A DNA stretch of 64,000 nt, taken from a virus. A program made the translations under genes and the position numbers. Shown piece after piece: positions 8,629 through 17,017 of this stretch. Where the stretch lies: positions 1-64,000 of IMG/VR virus record IMGVR_UViG_3300028563_000014; one strand, given 5' to 3'. Each line of letters opens with the position of its first letter. The stretch's first letter is position 1. The notes beneath the pieces are model-generated. The model was not told the DNA's origin and did no database searches. It saw nothing but the letters and a program-made list of their open reading frames with translations.

Positions 8629-10032
8629 TCACGCGCGCTCCATCGCCGACAGGTCGTCCTCGCGCACCACCCGCGTCTCGTACCCGCGGGACCGGTAGGC
8701 CTCCATCCGCAGGCGCGCGTGCGCCTCAAGCCAGCGGTTGCCGACATCGAGGAAGTCCCAATAGCGCACCAGCTCCTTCTCGCCGGCGATCCGCATCAGT
8801 CGGCCGGGCTTCTGGATGGCGTCGATCCGGGAGCGGCCCGCGGCCAGGTTCACCGCGCTCTCGACGAACGGGATGTCGACCCCCTTGTTGAAGATCTTGG
8901 AGACCACCAGCACGTCTGACCGCCCGGTGTTCAGGCGGATCTTCGCCCCGTTGCGCGCGTTGGTGCTGTTCACGCCGGAGATGTACTCGGTGCGCACGCC
9001 CGCGGCCTCGAGGCGCCCCATGAACGCGCGTCCGTGCGGGACGGCCTTCACGAAGGCCAGCGCAGGCCGCGGGCACAGGACCGGAGAGGAAGCGATCCGA
9101 GCGGCGATCCGGTTCCGGTCGGCGTTCAGCACCACCCCCGCCTCATAGACCTCGCTCCAGGACCCGGTCATCCGGTGCTGATGGAACTGGATCATCAGGA
9201 TTTCGATGCGCGCCAGGACCCCGGCGTCGACCAGCTCCTTCACCGGGACGTCCACGATCAGCGGGCCCAGCGCCTCGATCGTCCGGTAGTCGTCCTCGTC
9301 CTCGCGCTCCAACGGGGTGGCCGACAGGCCCACCCTCCAGTAGGCGTTCGGGGTGGCCATGGCCACCTTGTGGCTCTCGCCCGGCGCCAGGACCTGGACC
9401 TCGTCGCACACCAGGCCCTGGGCGCCCTCCAGCAGCTCGTCGACTTCGCCCCCCTCGCCGATGCCGCGTAGCAGCGCCTGGAGGGTCGCCACGGTCACCC
9501 GGCGCGGGTCCTTCTCGCCGTCGCCCCAGAGCCCCGCCCGCTCGCCCGTGCGCAGGAAGATCCGGTCGGCGGCCTGGTGCATCAGGTCTTTCGTGTCGAC
9601 CAGGATCAGCCACCGGACGGGGACGGCCTGGGCCAGGGCGGCAAACAGTTCCGATTTTCCCGATCCTGTTGGCATGGCGACGATCCCGCGCCTCCGCTCA
9701 AGGATTCGCTCCAGGACGGGCGTTTGATACGACCGCAGCCAAGCCCCGGCCGAGGCGTTCAACGTCACCCTGGGCTCGCGGCGGACGTCCTGGAGCTCGA
9801 TCTGGACCCCGGCCTCGCGCGCCCGGCCCACCACCATCCGGACAAGCCCGGCCCCGAACCGCTGGCGCCGCTCGTCCAGGAGCCGAGTGGAGCCGTCCCA
9901 GACGCCGTTCTGGTAGGCGTCCGTGTGCTCCGCCCCCTTCACCGGAACGGTCAGGTACTGGCGGAGCCAGGCCAGATCCTCTGGGGAGGCGTCCTCGACC
10001 CGCGCCCAGAGGTTGTCAGCGATCAGTTTCAA
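8629..10032 (-). CDS. superfamily 2 helicase (UvsW-like)
   Basis: LRSYQ, MPTGSGKS, CDEVQ, GLSATP, GVDIP, IQKPGRLMR; TTG start overlaps the upstream stop. Confidence 0.9.
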   Translation of the reverse strand: MKLIADNLWARVEDASPEDLAWLRQYLTVPVKGAEHTDAYQNGVWDGSTRLLDERRQRFGAGLVRMVVGRAREAGVQIELQDVRREPRVTLNASAGAWLRSYQTPVLERILERRRGIVAMPTGSGKSELFAALAQAVPVRWLILVDTKDLMHQAADRIFLRTGERAGLWGDGEKDPRRVTVATLQALLRGIGEGGEVDELLEGAQGLVCDEVQVLAPGESHKVAMATPNAYWRVGLSATPLEREDEDDYRTIEALGPLIVDVPVKELVDAGVLARIEILMIQFHQHRMTGSWSEVYEAGVVLNADRNRIAARIASSPVLCPRPALAFVKAVPHGRAFMGRLEAAGVRTEYISGVNSTNARNGAKIRLNTGRSDVLVVSKIFNKGVDIPFVESAVNLAAGRSRIDAIQKPGRLMRIAGEKELVRYWDFLDVGNRWLEAHARLRMEAYRSRGYETRVVREDDLSAMERA

Positions 10033-10253
10033 TGGGCCCTTCCCGGCGGCCGCGCGATCTTCCCCCACAGGGAGATGCTGACGGCCACGAACCCGATCGC
10101 GAGCGCGGCGTAGGACGACGCCCGAGACACGTCGTCCCAGCACCAGCAGCCGGCATGCCAATCGTCGACCAGGTCGAGGACGACGTCCACCATGCGGCTC
10201 GCCAGCCCGAACGACGCCAGTAGGATCACCAGCGCCGATACGGCCGGCCTCAT
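10029..10253 (-). CDS. small membrane protein
   Basis: Two hydrophobic segments; overlaps both neighbours. Confidence 0.55.
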   Translation of the reverse strand: MRPAVSALVILLASFGLASRMVDVVLDLVDDWHAGCWCWDDVSRASSYAALAIGFVAVSISLWGKIARPPGRAH

Positions 10254-10597
10254 CCCGCGCTCCGCCGCGCGCCCCGAGGGGCTGCCTTGGGAGCGCTGCG
10301 CGCCTTGGCCGCGCGTTCCTCACGCCGGGCCGGCGGCAGCGGCGCGGCCGCGGTCACCTGCCCCGGGAACGCCGCGGGGAACTTCCGCTGCAGGTCCGCC
10401 AGCGCCACGTAGACCGAGCCCTTGCCGGCGCCCCAGGTCTCGACCTTGAACTGGCCCGCCCGGATCCAGTGGAAAATGTTGCTGCGCGGGTGCTTCACCA
10501 GCTCCGCCGCGCGCGCCACGCTGACGAACCCCTTCGCCTCCATGATGGCGGCGCGCTCCGCGGCGTACTTCATCGTCTCTTCCTTCGCGTTTCCCAT
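10250..10597 (-). CDS. excisionase-like HTH DNA-binding protein
   Basis: FVSVARAAELVKHPRSNIFHWIRAGQF...YVALADL. Confidence 0.7.
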   Translation of the reverse strand: MGNAKEETMKYAAERAAIMEAKGFVSVARAAELVKHPRSNIFHWIRAGQFKVETWGAGKGSVYVALADLQRKFPAAFPGQVTAAAPLPPARREERAAKARSAPKAAPRGARRSAG

Positions 10598-10640
10598 GCT
10601 GTCTCGTTCTCCTGGTTCGTTGTTGGGGGGGCCTCGGCCT

Positions 10641-11315
10641 TCAGGCCAGGCGAGCTTCGAGGACGTCGACCTGCAGGCGGAGCGCGCCGATGCCGGCGGC
10701 GTCCAGAGCGCGCTTGTACCGGCGCGCGCAGCGCTCGACCTCCGCCGGATCCAGCCCTAGCCGCTTGGCGATCTCCCGTTTGGACAGGGGCGCCTCCTCC
10801 AGGCCGATCAGCAGCTCGCCGACGTCCCGCCCGTAGCCGGCGAAGCGGCGGCCCACCCGCTCGACTGCCGCGCGCCACCGCACGCGCGCCACCGCCAGCT
10901 GCTCCTGCAGCTCGCGCCGCTCCATGCCGGCGTCGAAGTCCTGCAGGAGCTGCAGCGCCGGCTCTGCCGCCAGCGCCTTGTTGGCGACGCCGTTCGGGCG
11001 GTCGCTGACCTGGTCCAGCGGGATGCACACTGCCATCTCCCGCTCGCGCCCCAACCGCGCCGCGCTCTTGAGCGACGTCGGGTGCAGCAGGCGCGTCAGC
11101 GCCGCGTTCACACCGTTGCGGATCGTGAGGTCGAAGAACCCGGAGGCCCCCGGGTTCGCCGGATCCCAGCGGTGGGCCGCAGTCAGGCAGTGCAGCCAGG
11201 CTTCGTTCTCGACCTCCTCGTATTCGACCGGGAGGCCACGGTGCATCACCCCGCGGGCGAAGGCGGCGGACTTGGTGCGGATCAGTTCCAGGCAGACGGG
11301 CGACAGATCGGGCAT
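10641..11315 (-). CDS. sigma-70 family RNA polymerase sigma factor
   Basis: Region 2-like YEEVENEAWLHCLTAAHRWDP..G.SGF and region 4 HTH LSKREIAKRLGLDPAEV. Confidence 0.8.
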   Translation of the reverse strand: MPDLSPVCLELIRTKSAAFARGVMHRGLPVEYEEVENEAWLHCLTAAHRWDPANPGASGFFDLTIRNGVNAALTRLLHPTSLKSAARLGREREMAVCIPLDQVSDRPNGVANKALAAEPALQLLQDFDAGMERRELQEQLAVARVRWRAAVERVGRRFAGYGRDVGELLIGLEEAPLSKREIAKRLGLDPAEVERCARRYKRALDAAGIGALRLQVDVLEARLA

Positions 11316-11407
11316 GACGGTTCCTCCTTGGTACGTTCGGGTTCTCGGGCGGGGCGGCGAAGAGCGCGGTCACCCGGGCGGGGAGACCGTCTCGCGCTCT
11401 ACCGTAA

Positions 11408-11947
11408 TCAAGTCTGTTTCTTCTCGCAACCATTCGGCGTAGGCAGGGCGATCAGCCACTGCGCGATCTGGACGGCGCGGTCCTGCAGCTGCTCCGGAGG
11501 GATACCGCCGCGCCGCTGGCGCCAGTGGGCCCAGCGCTCCATCCGCCGGTCCTGGCGGTTCAGGCCGTCCAGGAGCTGCCGCAGGTTCTTGACCAACTCG
11601 TCCTTGTCAGGCAACGCTACTGGGTGCACGGCTGGTGCCTCTGTCGTTCGGGGCGCTTCTGGTGCGGGGACATCGGGCAGGACCCCCGGCTCGTTCGTGA
11701 CGGGCGAGCCGGGGTCATCCTGGAGCAGGGCGCGTAGCTGGACCTTGTAGATCGGCATCTCGCAGATGAGGCCGTCCACCGTGACCAGCGCCTTCCACCA
11801 GCCCGGGAGGACGCCGTTCGGAGCGAGCGGGGCGATCACTTCGCCAGACGCCCCGGGAGGCACCCGGACCGTGGCCTTCGGGTCATCCGCCCCCCGGGGC
11901 CAGGCGCCCCACCAGTCGCCGCGGATGACGAACTTCTTGCCGACCAC
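11408..11947 (-). CDS. hypothetical protein
   Basis: 179 aa ORF. Confidence 0.55.
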   Translation of the reverse strand: MVGKKFVIRGDWWGAWPRGADDPKATVRVPPGASGEVIAPLAPNGVLPGWWKALVTVDGLICEMPIYKVQLRALLQDDPGSPVTNEPGVLPDVPAPEAPRTTEAPAVHPVALPDKDELVKNLRQLLDGLNRQDRRMERWAHWRQRRGGIPPEQLQDRAVQIAQWLIALPTPNGCEKKQT

Positions 11948-12058
11948 GTCAGACCAGAACCTTGCTCGTCTTCATGTGCGATCCTTTCGTCGGTCAGTTA
12001 TCCAGGCGAACTCAGCCGTTGCCGTACGCGCCCAGGTGCGTCCCGATCCCGCGCGCCA

Positions 12059-12247
12059 TCAGCACCGACTGTGCCGGCTCCAGCGCGTGGGCTTGATTTC
12101 GATGGGCTGGATGTTGTCGCCCTCGATGTATGCGGGGCGCCCCAGCCGGTCGGCCTTCTCCTGCGCGATGGCTTCGAGGCGAATGTCGCTCAGTCCGTCT
12201 GCGAGCTGGTTGCCGTGTCCGTCGGTGATCATGTACGTGGTTTTCAT
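12059..12247 (-). CDS. small hypothetical protein
   Basis: GAGGAG-ACACC-ATG; MKTTYMITDGHGNQLADGL... Confidence 0.65.
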   Translation of the reverse strand: MKTTYMITDGHGNQLADGLSDIRLEAIAQEKADRLGRPAYIEGDNIQPIEIKPTRWSRHSRC

Positions 12248-12318
12248 GGTGTCTCCTCGGTTCGTGTTGTTGCAGGCGACCTCAGCGGCGACGGGCTTGC
12301 CTGGTTGGTGGTTAGTCG

Positions 12319-12834
12319 TCAGTTGCCTCTCGAACTCCTCGCGTAGCCGGCGCAGCGTCGCCACTCCTTCGCGTCCGTCTTCGAGACGCGCTTCTTCAGG
12401 TTCTCCAGCTTGGCCTTCGGGTCGATGCCCTCCTCCGCCGCCCGGGTGATCTTCTCCGCGGTCTCGGCGATCTTGACCTCGGAGAGCAGCGCCCGAGCCG
12501 TGTCGCGCGCGGCCGAGACCGCCGTCCGCGTGTCCAGCTCCAGCGTCTGCTGCGACCACTCGACGTCGTCCGTCAGCTGGCGCCCGAGGTGCACCTGGCG
12601 CAGCGCCTGCTCCATCGTCATCCCGTTCCAGCAGGCCAGCCGGTTCGCGAAGGCGTGCAGGTTGTTGGCGCCGGCGCCGAAGTCGCTCCAGGCGAAGCCG
12701 AACACCATGAACTCGCCGGGCGCCGGCTCGAAGATCCGGGGGACGATGAACTTCATCGTCACCCGGATGTCCGAGCCCCGACCATCGACCACGATCGCCC
12801 CGGCGCGCTGCGCCTCGCCGATCAGAGTGTCCAA
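12319..12834 (-). CDS. DUF932-like protein, C-terminal part (split gene, 3' end may be truncated)
   Basis: WSDFGAG...RLACWNG...RQVHLG motifs; AAAAGGAG upstream of a TTG inside the direct repeat. Confidence 0.7.
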   Translation of the reverse strand: MDTLIGEAQRAGAIVVDGRGSDIRVTMKFIVPRIFEPAPGEFMVFGFAWSDFGAGANNLHAFANRLACWNGMTMEQALRQVHLGRQLTDDVEWSQQTLELDTRTAVSAARDTARALLSEVKIAETAEKITRAAEEGIDPKAKLENLKKRVSKTDAKEWRRCAGYARSSRGN

Positions 12835-13264
12835 GATTCGATTCTCCTTTTCGGTTGGTTCGGTTCGGTTAGTTGGTTATCCAGGCGACGCGCTTGCCTG
12901 GTCGGTGGTTAGTCGATGCTGCGCTCGGCTCGAATGGCGGCGCGCGTCGCCTTGCCCATCGCAGCCAGCTTGCGCTGCATGCACTTGACGACCTCTGCCA
13001 TGTTCGCGGCAGGGTCCGTCACGGTCTCGGATACGCCGTTGCCCGTGCGCGCGTCTGTGAGCCGCAGGCTCACAGAAATGAGCCGCACGACCTCGCCCGT
13101 GTATGTCCCGTCGGGATTCTGCGGGGCATGGTCGCGGGACTTTGCAAGCGCCTCGATCTTTGGGGCGGCGGCCTTTGCGTCAGCCACCAGCTTCGCTGCC
13201 TCAGTCGCTGTCATCGTCGTCGTCGTCGTCATGAAAACCACTCGCCGATCAGAGTGTCCAAGAT
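12814..13264. repeat. 24-bp perfect direct repeat flanking a 427-bp insertion unit
   Basis: ctcgccgatcagagtgtccaagat at 12814-12837 and 13241-13264. Confidence 0.95.
12909..13232 (-). CDS. hypothetical protein carried inside the insertion
   Basis: 107 aa; ATGA overlap with the stop of the DUF932 N-terminal half. Confidence 0.65.
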   Translation of the reverse strand: MTTTTTMTATEAAKLVADAKAAAPKIEALAKSRDHAPQNPDGTYTGEVVRLISVSLRLTDARTGNGVSETVTDPAANMAEVVKCMQRKLAAMGKATRAAIRAERSID

Positions 13265-13708
13265 CGGCCGGGCATCGATGCGCCGGAACTTCGAGGACAG
13301 GACCGCGCGGACCTCCGTGCCTACGCGGCGGACCAGGTAACGCGACTTCTCCTGTCCCATGTGGACGCCGTCGTTCAGGTTGCGGGCCAGGAGCTCGGTT
13401 CCCCACTGCCCCTGCGTCAGCAGGTGGTCGGCGTAGGCCATCGGCATCTTGGCCTGCTCGGACAGGTGATTCAGCGCGTGCCGGTGGACCTGGTAGAAGG
13501 TGCCGGCGCCGACCGCCACCCCCACCTCGCCCGGGCGCGTGGCGGTGAAATTCAGGGCGGTGGCGCGGGCCACGGCGTCCTCCGGGATCTCGCGCAGGAT
13601 GCGCTCCTGCAGCCCGACGGCGCGGGCCTGGCCCTGGGCGATGTACTGCTCCAGGCGGGACTGGGCAACCTGGCGCTGGGCGGGGGTGGAGGCGATGAGG
13701 TTCGACAT
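13229..13708 (-). CDS. DUF932-like protein, N-terminal part (split gene)
   Basis: HALNHL...MPMAY...LARNLN...LVRRVGTEVRAVLSSKFRRID; ends ILDTLIGE-WFS*. Confidence 0.7.
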   Translation of the reverse strand: MSNLIASTPAQRQVAQSRLEQYIAQGQARAVGLQERILREIPEDAVARATALNFTATRPGEVGVAVGAGTFYQVHRHALNHLSEQAKMPMAYADHLLTQGQWGTELLARNLNDGVHMGQEKSRYLVRRVGTEVRAVLSSKFRRIDARPILDTLIGEWFS

Positions 13709-13799
13709 GACGGTCCTTTCGTTCGGGTCAGGAGAGCGAGGGCAGCGCCCCCTTGGGCGACCGCGCGCGATAGTCAGCGCCGCGCGGCCGGAGGATGCA

Positions 13800-14060
13800 T
13801 CAGGCCGCACCTCCTTCCCGGCGCCGAGCCATCATCCGCTCCACGGCCTCCACGCTGGTGCCCTCCGGCCACCCCAGCCCCTGGGCGATCAGGTGGGCGT
13901 AGCCCAGGAATATCTCCAGGCCGTCGCGGGCGACGTAGATCTCTACGTTCCCGGCGGCCGGGCCGCTCCGGTACCCGTCCACCAGCACCGCGACGAACGT
14001 GCGCCCGTCCTGCTCGAACTCGGCCCGCGCCGCGACGTAACCACCAACTACGTATCCCAT
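13800..14060 (-). CDS. hypothetical protein
   Basis: ATG 14060 downstream of an AT-rich promoter. Confidence 0.5.
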   Translation of the reverse strand: MGYVVGGYVAARAEFEQDGRTFVAVLVDGYRSGPAAGNVEIYVARDGLEIFLGYAHLIAQGLGWPEGTSVEAVERMMARRREGGAA

Positions 14061-14106
14061 CGGTCCCTTCTTTCTGCCCGGCGGGTCCAACCGCCTGACG
14101 AAGAGG

Positions 14107-14135
14107 ACCTTACCGTAATGAAAAACTAAACGCAA
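14107..14135 (-). promoter_or_regulatory. AT-rich sigma70-like promoter, probably early
   Basis: TTGCGT-17 nt-TAAGGT in a strongly AT-rich intergenic patch. Confidence 0.55.
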
Positions 14136-14144
14136 ACAAAATCG

Positions 14145-14387
14145 TCAGCCCTGGTTCACTGGCGCCAGATCAGCGGGGCCCCGATAAAAGCACCGGTACT
14201 CTCCCCAGCCCCACTGAAAGCACCTCCTCTCCCGCTCGAACGCCGCGAAGTTGAACGCGCGGTTCAGCAGGTCGGTCGACGGCCCGCCGCAGCGCTGGCA
14301 GACGGCGCCATCGTAGAGCTGCTTGACGGGCGCGCCCGGGGGATGGGCAGCCAACCATTTCTTGCCAGGTCCGATCCGGTACTTCAT
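14145..14387 (-). CDS. hypothetical protein
   Basis: 80 aa, CxxC, ATGA overlap. Confidence 0.5.
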   Translation of the reverse strand: MKYRIGPGKKWLAAHPPGAPVKQLYDGAVCQRCGGPSTDLLNRAFNFAAFERERRCFQWGWGEYRCFYRGPADLAPVNQG

Positions 14388-14953
14388 CCGAGCAGCCCGA
14401 GCGCCTTTTGTCTGCCGTAATGCGCGAGGAACAGTGCGTCCGCGCGGTCGACCAGGAGCGCGCCGCGTGGCCCGCGCAGATGCGCCGCCGCCGCTGGGTA
14501 GAGCTGGCAGATAGCCGGGACCGCCGCCTCCTTCGTCTTCGGCTGGCCGGCGAGCAGCCGCGCCTTCCAGGTGACCGCGGCGACGATGTCGTAGGGGATC
14601 CCGAGCGCGGCCAGCAGGCCCTGCCAGATCCCGAACCCCTCGCCGGCGGCGAACGCGTACTGCGCTCCCATCGGGATGATGCGAGTCCCGATCCGCCGGG
14701 GCTGCGCCGTCGCGCGCTCCAGCGTCAGCGACGCCAGCCGAGCGTTGCGCAGGATCAGCGCCATCTCCGCCGGCAGGTAGACGCGCTTCTTCTTCTTGTT
14801 CCCGGCCTTCGTCTTCGTCGTCAGCTCGACCTCGATGGTCGGGACGTCGAAGAACTGAACCGACAGGTCCGGTCGGATCACCGCCAGGGCGCCGTCCTTC
14901 CCCGGATCGATGCCACCGAACGACTGCCCCTCTGCGAACGTGGTTTGGCTCAT
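14384..14953 (-). CDS. ruvC: RuvC-like Holliday junction resolvase
   Basis: GIDPGKDGALA, TLE, FAAGEGFGIW, VTWK, DRADALFLA. Confidence 0.85.
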   Translation of the reverse strand: MSQTTFAEGQSFGGIDPGKDGALAVIRPDLSVQFFDVPTIEVELTTKTKAGNKKKKRVYLPAEMALILRNARLASLTLERATAQPRRIGTRIIPMGAQYAFAAGEGFGIWQGLLAALGIPYDIVAAVTWKARLLAGQPKTKEAAVPAICQLYPAAAAHLRGPRGALLVDRADALFLAHYGRQKALGLLG

Positions 14954-14961
14954 GGTACCCA

Positions 14962-14973
14962 GATCATTGTCCG
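14962..14973 (-). promoter_or_regulatory. CGGACAATGATC motif, copy 4
   Basis: 8 nt upstream of the ruvC ATG. Confidence 0.65.
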
Positions 14974-15000
14974 GGCCGAGGCCGCGCGGGCAAGGATGGA

Positions 15001-15483
15001 TCAGGCGGAGGGCGCGCCGGTCGTCGGCAGGACGGACACCGGCGTCGCCGCGGTCGCCGCCGCGCGCGCCACCTTCATCCCGAACACGGCTGCGGAGACC
15101 TTCGCCTCGAGGGCTGCCTGGAGTTGCTCGTCGTTCGGGAGCTGCAAGATCGTCTTTGCGCGCTCGATCCCCTCGGGGCCGAACTGCGCCTTGAGCTTGT
15201 CGACGGCGATCGCCCGGAGCTTCTTCTTGTCGTCCATGGACAGGGTTCCGTCCTGGATCCCGGCCTTGAGCTCGACCAGCTCGTGGGCGCTGATGTCCTT
15301 CACGATCTCGCTGATCTGCAGCGCCAGGCGCTCCCCGAATCCACGCGCCACCTCGTTCTTCACCCGGGCCTTCAGGAAGGCATTCCACTTATCCAGCAGG
15401 AAAGGGGACGCCGCAGTGACCATGACGCTCAGCAGCCCGAGGACCGCGATGATGAGCTTTACGACGGCATCAGAGAGGGACAT
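15001..15483 (-). CDS. holin-like membrane protein
   Basis: N-terminal transmembrane segment then helical domain; last gene of the late region. Confidence 0.5.
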   Translation of the reverse strand: MSLSDAVVKLIIAVLGLLSVMVTAASPFLLDKWNAFLKARVKNEVARGFGERLALQISEIVKDISAHELVELKAGIQDGTLSMDDKKKLRAIAVDKLKAQFGPEGIERAKTILQLPNDEQLQAALEAKVSAAVFGMKVARAAATAATPVSVLPTTGAPSA

Positions 15484-15634
15484 GCAGACGATGGTGCCAC
15501 TGGTTTGTCTGCCGCGTCTACTTCTGTACGGGGAGGCGGCAGGTCGACCAGCACCGGCCCGGTGTTTTCGATGAAATCTCGCGGGACTGGTCGCCAGAAG
15601 CTCCAGTAGACCGCGAGGGGTTCCATGTGGAACG

Positions 15635-15961
15635 TCACCTGCCGCGCCGCTCCTCTTCGACCGGGACGCTCCGCTTTCTTCGGTCCCGGAAGAACCCGAC
15701 CTCGATCCCTCCGCGCCGGTCCGGGTCCATCATGACGAGCCGCCCGGTGACCTTGCACCACCACCAGCGCCCGGACGCCGGCCCGCGGCAGAGGACCACA
15801 GGTTGTTCCTCCGTAACGCGCCAGGCGTCGCCGTGCGATGCCGGCGGCGCCGCGTCTTCAGGCAGTTCCCGAAACTCGCAGCCGCGCTCTGGACAGCGGC
15901 GCGCGACCCTTGGGGTCTTCGCGCCGTCGTCAGGCTCGTACGCCAGGTCTACGTCTTCCAC
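15635..15961 (-). CDS. hypothetical protein
   Basis: Cys/Trp-containing ORF. Confidence 0.5.
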   Translation of the reverse strand: MEDVDLAYEPDDGAKTPRVARRCPERGCEFRELPEDAAPPASHGDAWRVTEEQPVVLCRGPASGRWWWCKVTGRLVMMDPDRRGGIEVGFFRDRRKRSVPVEEERRGR

Positions 15962-16317
15962 GGCCCTATCTTCGGGGTGACCCCGGGGGAAGAATCCTCG
16001 CGGCGCGGTAGCCCGGCGCGGGCGCGCTCCTCGTCGATCTGGAGTTTCAGTACCTTGCGGTGCTCGATCAGCAGCTCGATCGCGCACTTCTCGTGCGCGT
16101 CCAGCTCCTCTAGGGCAGCCGCTCGATGAACGTGGTCAGTTCGCTGGACGCCGATGAAAGCATCCGCGAAACGGTCGAAATACCCTGCGAGATCTCTTGT
16201 GAGCTTGACCCCGTCTTGGGCGTGCCTGAGGCCATCGACCGCCTCTTGAACCTTCCGCGAAACCGCCGCCGCTGCCCCACCACCAGATCGCGGACTACCG
16301 TTTCGCTCATGCGACAT
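15949..16317 (-). CDS. hypothetical protein
   Basis: GGGAGA upstream of ATG 16317. Confidence 0.55.
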   Translation of the reverse strand: MSHERNGSPRSGGGAAAAVSRKVQEAVDGLRHAQDGVKLTRDLAGYFDRFADAFIGVQRTDHVHRAAALEELDAHEKCAIELLIEHRKVLKLQIDEERARAGLPRREDSSPGVTPKIGPWKT

Positions 16318-16336
16318 ATTCTCCCTGTTCGTTTGA

Positions 16337-16681
16337 CTAACCACCAGCTCGTGCCGTCTGTACGATCATCGCGATCCTGCCTACCCAGGCCAGCAATCCC
16401 AGGGCCACTGCTATCGAGAACGTCATCGCCGCCGTCTTCCATCGGTCGGCCGTCTTGGATTCCATAGCCCGCTGGGTGACGATGGCCTCCACCGCACTCG
16501 TCAGCCTTGCCAACTGCTCCGAGAGCTCGCCCAGGCGCTCAGCCAGGTCAGAGTCCCTGTCGGCTAGATCGCGGTTTCGCTGCTCCTGGTGAGCCTCGAA
16601 TTTCTCCAACATGCCGACGCGCACCTCGAGTCCTCGAGGGGGGCCGCCCCCGCCGAACCCGACCAGGTGAGGTGCCGACAT
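16337..16681 (-). CDS. coiled-coil protein with C-terminal transmembrane helix (lysis-associated?)
   Basis: Heptad segment then TFSIAVALGLLAWVG; promoter TAGACG-18-TACGGT. Confidence 0.6.
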   Translation of the reverse strand: MSAPHLVGFGGGGPPRGLEVRVGMLEKFEAHQEQRNRDLADRDSDLAERLGELSEQLARLTSAVEAIVTQRAMESKTADRWKTAAMTFSIAVALGLLAWVGRIAMIVQTARAGG

Positions 16682-16729
16682 GCCACCCACCGTATCTGAC
16701 GGTGAAGAGGCTCGTCTAGATTCCCGTGG

Positions 16730-17017
16730 TCACGGGAAGCAAGCTGACCATGCCGCACATGTCGTCGCGCCAGCCAGGCACCCGGTATCGTACGTGAACG
16801 CGCCGCTGTTCTGGACGTTCTGGCAGACCGCCTCGCACTCCGGGTTCGTGTCGCACCCGAGGCGCGCGCCGTTCTGGCAGGCGTCCGCGCAGGAGGCTCC
16901 TGGGATCGGCGTCGGGATCGGCGCGGGCGGTGGCGGCACGGACGCGCACCCGGCCAGCGCCAGCACGGCCCCCATCACCAGCGCGGCCAAGATCAACGCT
17001 CTCTCCATTGCGCGCAT
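16730..17017 (-). CDS. Cys-rich lipoprotein
   Basis: Lipobox LAGC, Pro linker, 8 further Cys. Confidence 0.7.
   Translation of the reverse strand: MRAMERALILAALVMGAVLALAGCASVPPPPAPIPTPIPGASCADACQNGARLGCDTNPECEAVCQNVQNSGAFTYDTGCLAGATTCAAWSACFP

Noticed and set aside
11997-13264. CRISPR array or integron attC sites
   Set aside because: Only two or three irregular copies hundreds of bp apart; no matching GTTRRRY end, and no cas or intI gene
11400-14119. Shared ATTACGGTA at 11400-11408 and 14111-14119
   Set aside because: Only 9 bp in two copies, explainable as -10 region similarity; too weak to call an operator
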